In this document: positions 54,681 through 64,000 of the stretch, one piece after another | Layout: each line of letters begins with the position of its first letter | Position numbering within the stretch: the first letter of the stretch is position 1 | Assembly: GCA_964016885.1 (NCBI GenBank) | Contig: OZ024740.1 | Location: forward strand, 300,390,001-300,454,000 | DNA: 64,000 nt | Reading direction: 5' to 3' | Source: Eledone cirrhosa | Taxonomy: Eukaryota | Translations under genes and position numbers: made by a program | Notes under the pieces: generated by a model | Told to the model about the DNA's origin: nothing | The model's database searches: none | Seen by the model: only the letters and a program-made list of their open reading frames with translations

Positions 54681-55929
54681 CTATTATCCATATATACTGA
54701 TGTAGTTATGTATTCATCTTTAGCATACATTCTCTGTCTGATATAGTCCGTGTATGCATACTTTCACCACACTATTGTGTATATATTCTTATGTCGTGAT
54801 CAATATATACATTCGTCGTAATGTTGTACTGATCTCCGACTACATTTTCCCAACGACTATAAATCACTAAAGTGTTTCTCCTTCTCATTTTTGTTACGTT
54901 CATCTTTCTGCCAAGCATAATGTTCTATATTTACAATTCATTACTGATAATGTAATAATTTTTACACCCTAATTTTTCATTCAATCTTATATTAATTTTC
55001 TTTATTATCATTTTCTGTTCTATCTATTCAGCATTTGTTTTAGAGTCTGTGAAACGTTGGGATGAAACATGGTGTAGATAAACCGGCATATGGATTCATA
55101 CAGGAGAAAATATCATATAGGTATCCTGGTACCAACAAAGCTTGGATCTGTTTCAAATGGTTGCAGAAATAAAGAGAAGCAATCACCAGAGGCTGTTGAA
55201 ACAGGCGATCGATGAATGATACTACTAAAAAAAAAAACCCGAGTGTTGTCCAAATCTTTATCTCTATACGTTTCACTCACAGTGATTGGAGAGTCTTCAT
55301 TACCAAATAACCACACATAAAAATGAAAACTAAAACCAAATGAAACATGAAACCATCCTTGTGGACATATAAGCTTTTATTTGCACTTATACTAGAGTAG
55401 TTCTGTATTCATGTTTACCATGCATTCTCTGTTTATTATATTGAATAACACTTTGCTGAAACTATCGACCTAGGGTCATTTGAGTATGTTATGTAAGCTT
55501 CCTTGCTGTCGTCGTCCTCTTCAATTTACTGTAACATTATCATTCATTATTTAGTTTCAGCATCTAAATTGGAAGTGTTTACATTTCTCACGGTATCTAC
55601 AACAGGCCTCCAGCCGTCATTTGGCCTTGGTATCTGAAAAGAAATTCTCTTTCGATCAAATTGGGATTTACGCTCTGTATTATTAATATGGCAAATTTAA
55701 ACTATCCATGTGCATTCCGTCATTCCCATGAACATTTTAAATGATTGAGCTTAATATCTTCATTCATATAGAGTTAGTTAGAAAGCATCTACGGTTAATA
55801 GAGTTTTGGTGTCCGCATTGCTTGTAATTCGAATTTAACATGAGTTGCTCTTTCATAATATATGAATGAAGCAAGAGAAAAAGTGGTAGTGGAAATGAGG
55901 TTATAATAAAAAAAAAATAATGATAATGG

Positions 55930-58900
55930 TTTCTTTATTGGCCACAAGGGCTAACATGAAGAAAAACATTACAGATGGCACAGGACGATACAAAGTGGGT
56001 TTCGGCCGTGTAAATAAGGTTATAACAAGAAGATAGAAATATCAAAAAAATACAAACAGCAAAAATTCCCCAATAGGGGAAAATTTCCTAGGGTCGCTCG
56101 TGGCGAAAACCACACCCTGACCGCTAGAGCAAACGCCCTTACTCAGTTTTCCCACTCCTCAGTCTACAGGTGCATACTCAGAGCGGGCCGGTTCTCTCGG
56201 ACCAGACGCGCAACTTTCACCCACCTTTCAATAAATTTACTAGAAGACAGCACTTCCCTCTCCACCCTGATTTTCCTCTTCAAGTGAAACTTGAAAAAGT
56301 TAAACTGTGATTGGCCGAGAAGGAAAGTATCCGTCTTCAACCCTTTCAACCTTGTCCAGCACACAATCTCTTTCGCCATGGCTACCAGGCAGATAAAAAC
56401 TGCTTGCCCTTCCTCCTCTTTAAAGGAGGGCGGGCGGGGCTATCTGCACAATGGACTCAGTCGATAACCGGATCCGTCCTACACGCGACAACAACTGTTC
56501 GACATAGCCCCACAAGTCAACAATCCACGGTCACCGAATGAGTGCGTGCAGGACAGTTTCGTCGCTTTGCGCGCATCTCGGACAGGCTCGGCTGACAATC
56601 TCCGTGCCTGTTGAGTTTATCCCGAACCGGCATCGCTCCCCGGTAGCACTTCCAGGCTAGGAAATTCTGGAAGTTGTCCATAGGCCCTGGGCTAAAAGTT
56701 CTCTTGAAGTGAGCGAACAGTTGATCGTCTTGACGCCCAGCGTCTCCCCGAAAACCTTGTCGCGCTTTCCCTCCACTAGCCCTCTATAGAACGCCGAGGT
56801 AGATGTTCCACCGATATCAGTGCCCAGCTGGTAGAGGGAGGTGAGCGCTAGGAGACATTCCAGCTTCCAAGCGATATCCTTCAGTCTTTTCCTGATCCAG
56901 GACGGGAGCTCCGTCAAGGAGACGATCTGGGTAAAAGAGCGTCTGGCAAACGGCGACCACACCTGCTTACCGTCAAGGAGGCACCAGAGATGGCGCACCC
57001 TCAGCGCATGTTTAAGCGTCATCAGCCACGGGTACTAACAGCAGATGGATCGTCTGATCATGGGAGCACATCCTTTCCACAAAAAGCGGAAAATATGGCG
57101 CTCCATTTTGGTCAGAGTTGGGCGGGGCAGGGTACGACGGACGCGATGTACACGCTCGCCACCTCCGCCCGACCTTTCAGATATTCTACTCTCGGGCAAT
57201 TTCTGGGCGAGAGAGGCCACCTTGCTCGTCGACTCGCTCCAGTTTTTCTCCATCTGGCAGTCCAGACCGAATCAGATCCCAATATATTTAACCGGTCCTT
57301 CGGTCCAGCTCCCCACGACGCTGTCGGACGACATGGACTTGCTTCTCCAGGTGCCAAATTGCAAACCCACCGAATTTGCTTGGTTTATCTTTGCTCCTGT
57401 CACCTCTTCGTATTCTTTAGAGCGGTGCCGAGCATCTGGACAGGCTTGGTGCTCCACACCACCATGGTGACCTCGTCGGCGTAAGATGGCATGGATCTCC
57501 CGTATCCCAATTTGCGTGGGACGCTCCTGATCGTCTCCAATTTGTGCAGTAATGGTTCGAGGGACGAGAGGGGACAACCCTGGCGGTCCGAGCGCATGAT
57601 GCAGAACGGCTGCGACAGGTGACTATTCACCCTCACAATCGAGCAGATGTTGCTGTGCATCGCAGCGTTCCAGCCCCTAAAGACGGGCCCTAAGCCGGCC
57701 ACCTCCAGGACCGCAGCCAAGTACCAATGTTGGTCCCTATCAAGTGCTTTAGATTGATCAAAGTTGATCAGGACCCCACCCGCGCCAGGTTCCTTAACTA
57801 CCCTCTATATAATGTATCGCATGAGATGGAGGTTGTATTGGATGGATCTGTCCGGAATGGTGCATGTCTCCGCCTCTCCCACCAGGTCACCAACGACAAG
57901 CGCCAATCTCTTTGCTAACACCCTGGCCAAAATCTTGAACTCTGCGTCTAGCAGCGTTATCGGCCTGAAATTGTCTATAACGTCCCCCTTGTTCAGGTCT
58001 TTTCTCAACAGCACCACCGCTCCCCGGCTCACAAAACAGGGAATGCTCCCGTTCTGCTGCCAGTTGAAGTAGACATCTACCAAGAGATCGCCGAAAATTT
58101 TTGGCCTGTACGCATAAAGCTGTTATCGGCTATTCGCAGTACTGCGCTGCAGTCGTCGAGAGCCGCGGCAGTCCATCGAGGTATGCACCGGAATCCATAT
58201 TCCGATCCACCCCGCCCCTCTCCCGAACAATTGAGTAAAGTGCTGTTGAAAAGCCGCACACATATGCTCGGGTTCGAGCAGCATGTGCGCGTTTTTATCA
58301 GGCAAAGAGCGAATTGTGGATATGGTGCCACGTCGCGTCTACAACAACCGGGCTTATTGAAGGGCTTTCGTCCCCTCGTGTCTCAGAGCACATGCTCTAA
58401 CTCTGACAACGCAGCCTTCATGCTTTGCGTTGAAGAATTGGTCGACCCCAATCTCGCGGCAAGCACGTCGGTTGCGATCGCTGTCCTAAACGCCTCTTCC
58501 AGATTTCTAACTAGTTCTCCCTCTACTCTATTTTCATCTATCACTAACCCTTTGCTAAACCTTATCGATTCTACTTTAATAGCCCTTTTGAGGGTAAACC
58601 ACCACCTGTTGTTGACGTCCGCACCCGTCAACGCACGCTTAACTAATTCGCTAATCCGACTCTGTAGGCTTTGCGCGCCAGGAACGAGGCGTTCAGCTTC
58701 CGGTAACCGAGCCCTTCCCTACGGAGTCTATCTAAGTCAACTTCACAGATCACAAATTTGGGATGCCTATAATCGATTACTTTAAATTGTGGACAACCTA
58801 AACTAGCTTTATCTGTTTCCCTACAGAATATCCTATCTAAATACAATGTGGATGACTTCATGCGCTTTGTCCATATCCACATTGGCACATTCGGATAATC

Positions 58901-61595
58901 CAGTCTATAACTGTCAGAGAGTTCAAAATGTCTGAGCAGGTTGTTGAGGCTTTTACACTTCCTCCCTTGTCTAGTAGCCCCACATAATCCCAGCGTGCAT
59001 GTAAAATACCGTTCCAGTCGCCCAATAACACTAAAGAGCGGTACGTTCCAAGGAAGGTCTCTGGACATCTGAAGAAATCTGGCCGTCCTGCTACTGTTGG
59101 GACATAGCCGGCTACTAGCCTGAAAGCATTGCCTTCGCTGCCGGTCACTTCCAGCTTTACCGACTTACCTTCTGGGTCCAGGAAGATGGCCCGTATAACG
59201 AAATCCACGCCTCTCCGAAAAAGCACAGCAACACCACCCACGATCCCGGACAGATGGGAGATGCGTATACATCGTAGCCGCCGAAGATCAGTGCGTAGGC
59301 TCTTGCTTCGGATATTTTGGTCTCACTGATGGCCACCACATCTGTTTAGTGACCTCAGGTCGTTGAGAAGATGACATTGCTTCCAAGATGATCCCAGGCC
59401 ATGTACATTTACATTGCCTATTCTGAGTACGGCCATGCTAGATGAGGAACGGGGTAAGTGAGAAAGAATCACTTACATTGATCTTGTGGTGAAGGGCCAG
59501 TAGAACCGTCCCTACAACTCGTCATGGGAGTCTCCAAGATGATATCTGTATAGATTTCTTTGCAGAGTGACCCCCTGAAATCACCAATTGCGTTCGGGAA
59601 TTTTTGTTTTAATCGTTTGTAATCGTCAAGTTTAATTTCCACAATGTTAATATTTGTTGGTAATGTTCTTGATGTTGGTAGGGTGTGGTAATTTATGTCT
59701 GTAATGTCTGTGTGTTGTTTTAGATGTTCCATTAATCCTTTGTGTGTGATATTTATGGCTCTGTACTTTTTGGGTGGGGGAGGGGGGTTGATTCTGTTGC
59801 TGTTTTCCTGTTGCTTTGGGTGTGTGTGCTTTGTTGTGTTTGTGATGTTGTTGTTTTTGGTGCTGCTGGTGGTGGTGTAGTTGTTGTTGGTGATGATGCT
59901 TGTGGTGGTGATGGTGATGGTGATGGTGGTGGGGTTGCTGCATGTCTCCTTGCAGCTTTTACTCCTCTTTCTTTCCCTTCGGTTTTGCCAGAGAAGCTGT
60001 GGTGTTCTTCCGTTTGATTTTTTTTTTGTTGACAACCGTTTTCCACTCCTCAGCCTCCTCATACTCCATGTCTGACTGTTAGAGGTCGAAGAGGAGTATG
60101 AGATCTACCCTCTCATTTGTGCTTTTTGTTATTGGTGGTGGTGGTGGAGGTGGTGCTGGTCTGCCGTTCTTGGCACAGATGCAGCTAGTGAAACTGTTTC
60201 TGTTACAGCAGTTGCCGCCGCTGTTTTTGTTGTCCGTGGCTTTAGTGTGGCTGCCACGGACCTTGTCCTCCCACACTCTGTAGAAGCTCCCGACTTTTTC
60301 GCTGACTTCTCTGTTTCTGATGGCAGTGATTCCGGCGTTGGAAGGAGGGGTGTTTTCGCCTTTCTTATTTTCTGTGGGCAGAAGGGCCTGAGGTGAGACT
60401 TCGATCCACAGTTGAAGCACTTTGGGACCCTTCCTTCCACAGATATGGAAGATTAGGAGCCATTCCCGAGGTCTATTCTGTCGGGAATAGCGCCGATGCA
60501 GTCGTTGTCGGTATGGATGTGCATCTCCATTCCAATACCGGACCAGTCCTCTCTCTCTAACTTCTGCACATGTAGAATGTTTGTTCTATCCGCGATGCCC
60601 GCAAAAACAGACACGACCAGCCAAAGCACGGGTACGTAGGGCGGAAGCTGGGTTACCCTGACCTTTGCAATGTTTTTCTCCGCAGCAAAACGGGACTAAT
60701 GTTATGTCATCACTTCATAGTCTCCTCAGTGAGGGCGATTTTGCTTCCTGGGTGGTAGCAAAAAGGACGTCCACGGTAGCATCTTTCTTTCCTCGGGTGA
60801 TGTAGGTTTCCCGTGTCCACACAGTTCCCAAGGCCTTCTGGATTTGGGCCTCCGAGGCTCTCTCCACACGACGCGATTTCGTAGCAATAGTGCGTTAAGA
60901 CACTGTACGTCGCTCTGGTTCCTCCAGGAAGTCGGTTGGTGGTTTGAAGGACACTGAAAATTCAGTTCTGGTTGCCATGTGTCTTGTGACCGCCATCTCC
61001 TCCTCTCTGACCAGTACTGTTTCTATGCTGGGAGCAACCTTTGCAAAAGATATGGTCCCTTTTTCAGTGGCTTCATTGTTGCCGCCGCTGCTGCTGCTAC
61101 TGGTCTTGCTTTTGGTGCTGTTGCTACTGCTACACATGGTGTTGTTGGTGCTGTTGCTATTATCACGGTTGCAGTTGGTTGTGTTGTTGGTGCCGCCGTT
61201 GTTGTTGTTCTCGGTGCAATTTGTATTGTTGCTGTTGGTGTTGTCACTATTTGTTTTCATATTTGTGGTGTTAATATTGTGGCATTTGTTGTCGTTTCTT
61301 TTCTGTTGTCGGCATTTTGGTTGTCGCTGTTACTGTTGTGGTTGGTATGGTCATTTTTTTCAAAATTAGTATTCTCAGTGTTGTCATTCCTGTCTTTGTT
61401 CACGTTGTCTGTGGTGGTCTTTGTTGTATTAATTTCTGTGTTCGCCGTAGCCCTCCTCTCAACTCGGATGTCGTTGTCACACGACAGGAGACACATCGCT
61501 GGGGGCGTGGCTCAGGCATGTTTTGTGTTCTTCGATAATTTTTATATGTAAACAGTTCAAATATTTGAGTCAAAAGGCCCAAATATTATACTTTC
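55930..61595 (-). mobile_element. Tx1/L1-clade LINE copy 3, near full length, degenerate
   Basis: ORF1 knuckle CFNCGSKSHLRPFC; APE (AISETK, LLGDWN, YLDRIF); RT (FRPITLLDAEFKI, RQGCPLS, YADE). The 3' end AATAAAGAAA is next to a degenerate aataatgataat. Confidence 0.9.
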
Positions 61596-62234
61596 CTCTG
61601 TGGAGAGAGAGAGAGGAGACTATGGCTCACATTGTATCCGAGTGTAAACACCTAGCCCAGACACACTATAAGGGCTGGAGATATGATGTGACGGGCAGGG
61701 TGATCCACTGGCACCTATGCAAAGTAAACAATTTACCACACTCTGAGAAGTGGTATGAGCCAGACTCGGTGATAGAAAACGATCAGGTGAAGGTGCTATG
61801 TGATTTTAGGATACAGACGGACAAGAAATGATAGCACAATAGGCATGACCTGGTGGTTTTGGACAATGAGAAAAGATCGGCCTGATTGTACATGTAGCCT
61901 GCCCATTTGTCACGAGAGTGCAAGAAAAGGAGATGGAGAAAATTAATCGATACCAGGACTTAAAGTGGGAGGTAAAAAGGATTTGGAACTGCCATGAAGT
62001 CAGAGTCGTCCCGATTGTCATAGGCGCACTAGGTACTATCTCAAAGAGTTTCCAAGGAGGGTTAAAGAAAATTAGTCCAGCCCCGCTTTTTGGAACACTT
62101 CAAAAGGCATGCTTGCTGGGAACAGCAACAACACTCCGATACGTCCTGAATATATGAGGCTGCTGGTAGCGGCTTGATATACATTTCAACAAACTTTCCA
62201 GTTAAATAACATCAACCACTGAGACTCAAAGAAC
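61596..62234 (+). mobile_element. R4/Dong-clade LINE 3' fragment (CCHC finger, RLE, 3' UTR)
   Basis: LCGER.EETMAHIVSECK.LAQ.HYK..R.D..IHW.LC..KVL.DFRIQTD, then EKINRYQDLK..VVPIVIGALG..LLGTA. Followed by (AAT)n at ~62250-62275. Confidence 0.85.
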
Positions 62235-62278
62235 AATACTACTACGACTAATAATAATAATAATAATAATAATAAGGA

Positions 62279-64000
62279 TTTCTTTATTAACAACAAGGGT
62301 TTACATAAAGTAGACATTAAGGACAGTGCAGGACAATACAGGACGGTAGAAATGGGCATTTCTGCGTGTAAAAAACAAAAACAGAGGATGTAACAAAAAA
62401 ATAACAATGAAAAATTCCCCAATAGGGGGGAGACTTCGGAGGGACTTTTGCGGGGAAAGCCCAGTTAAAGGCCACAATGACCCTGACCACCAAGGCAAGT
62501 GCCCTCTCCCAGTTTTCCACCTTTAATTTACAAATATATACTCAGAGTAGGCCCATTCACTCGGGCCATTCTTTCTTCTCTCACCCATCTTTCAACAAAA
62601 TGCTGGGAAGAGAGCACTTCCCTCTCTACTCTGATTTTCCTTTTCAAATGAAATTTGAAAAAGTCAATCAGAGCATCACCGAAGAGGTAAGTGCTCGTCT
62701 TCAGCCCTTTCAAACGTGTCCACCATACTATCTCTTTCGCCATGGCCACCAGACAGATAAAAACTGCCTGACTTTCCCGGCTAAAGGAGGAGGGCGGGGC
62801 AATCCTCACGATGGACTCAGATGATAGCCGGATCCGTCCTAAACGCGACAGCAGGTGTTCGACATAAACCCACAAGTCACCAATTTTCGGACACTGGACG
62901 AGTATGTGCAGGACGGTTTCGTCGCCCTGCGCGCATCTCGGACATGCCCGGCTGACGGCACCGCCATGCCTGTAGAGTTTATCCCGAACGGGCAAGGCTC
63001 CTCGGTAGCACTGCCAGGCCAGAGATTTCTGGAAGTTGTCCATAGGCCCTGTCCCAAAAATTCTTCCGAAGAGATTGGCTAGTTGATTTTCGTCGACGCC
63101 TAGAGTTTCCCCAAGTACGTCGTCACTCTTCCCCTCCACTAATCCTCTATAGAACGCCTAGGTAGAGTTTCCACCGATCACATTGCCCGATTGGTCGAGG
63201 GCTGGTAGCGCCTGAAGACATTCCAGTCTCCAGGCGCTCCCTCTCGGTCTGGGCTTGACCCAGGACTGCAGCTCCGTCAAGGAAACGAGCTGGGAAAATA
63301 CGTGTCTAGCAAACAGCGACCACGCCTGATCACCGTCGAGGAAGAGGTGGAGATGTCGTAGCCTGAGCGCATGCCTGCGCATCATCATCCACGGCATGCC
63401 CAGCCCTCCACGTAGCGGGTGTTGACAACAGATGGACCGCCTGACCATCGGAGCGCGTCCCTTCCACAAAAAGCGAAAGAGCAAACGCTCCAGCGCAGTC
63501 AGGCGAGGCTTAGAACAAGGTACGACGGTCAGGCGGTAGCAGATGACAGACGCGATGTACGCGTTAGCCACCTCCGCTCGACCTTTCAGGGATAGCTTCC
63601 TCTCCGCCCATTTCTGGGTGAGAGAAGCCACCCTGCTCGTCACCTCGTCCCAGTTTTTGTCCGTCTGGAGGTCCGGACCGAACCAAACCCCTAGCAATTT
63701 AACCGGTCCGTCCATCCAGCGTCCGACGACGCTGTTGGACGGCATGGACCTGCCTCTCCAGGTGCCGAGCTGCAGGCCCACTGACTTTTCCTGTTTGATC
63801 ATTGCTCCTGTTACTGCTTCGTATTCTCTTAGTGTAGTGCCGATCGCCTCGATGTGTTTGGCGTTCGACACCACTACGATGACATCGTCCGCATATGCTG
63901 ACACGAATGTTCCGCATCCTAGTTCGCGCGGGACGCCCCTCAACGTCTCCAGTTTGTGCAGTAATGGCTCGAGAGTCAATACGTACAAGAGGGACGAGAG
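62279..64000 (-). mobile_element. Tx1/L1-clade LINE copy 4, 3' part (continues beyond the window); best-preserved ORF2
   Basis: ORFs 63158-63988 (YADD, KLLGVWFG, LSLKGRAEV, GGLGMP) and 62528-63139 (CPRC..ETVLHILVQC). Same subfamily as copy 1. Confidence 0.92.

Noticed and set aside
55040-55640. Possible minus-strand exon or pseudogene after TTTCTTTTCAG at ~55635
   Set aside because: Stops occur in all frames and there is no recognisable domain.

Overview
This is eukaryotic, AT-rich, repeat-saturated DNA with no host protein-coding gene that I can support. The tRNA-derived SINE family and the very dense (TA)n/(CA)n/(GA)n tracts resemble octopod cephalopod DNA; that assignment is from recognition and is not verified. 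Transposon content: (i) four minus-strand Tx1/L1-clade LINEs, all frameshifted and one apparently full length, three of them tail-to-tail with plus-strand R4/Dong-clade LINE 3' ends across (AAT)n tracts; (ii) a long R4/Dong copy fused by deletion to a hATm-like DNA transposon; (iii) several Penelope-like element (PLE) remnants with GIY-YIG endonuclease, embedded in (TA)n; (iv) mariner and RTE fragments and SINEs. The signal not shown by the ORF track is a cluster of minimal type-I hammerhead ribozymes: about 8 readable copies plus several degenerate ones, in at least 5 unrelated repeat families. Three families replace the canonical CUGANGA core with the compensatory U3:A8 form (UUGAAAA/UUGAUAA). 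Several sit in ORF-less elements, most strikingly a 2.6-kb near-perfect palindrome (50730-53344) with an outward-facing hammerhead plus AATAAA at each end, and a ~490-bp retrozyme-like partial tandem (49200-49895). All folds and identities were read by eye, and boundaries are approximate unless a motif is quoted.
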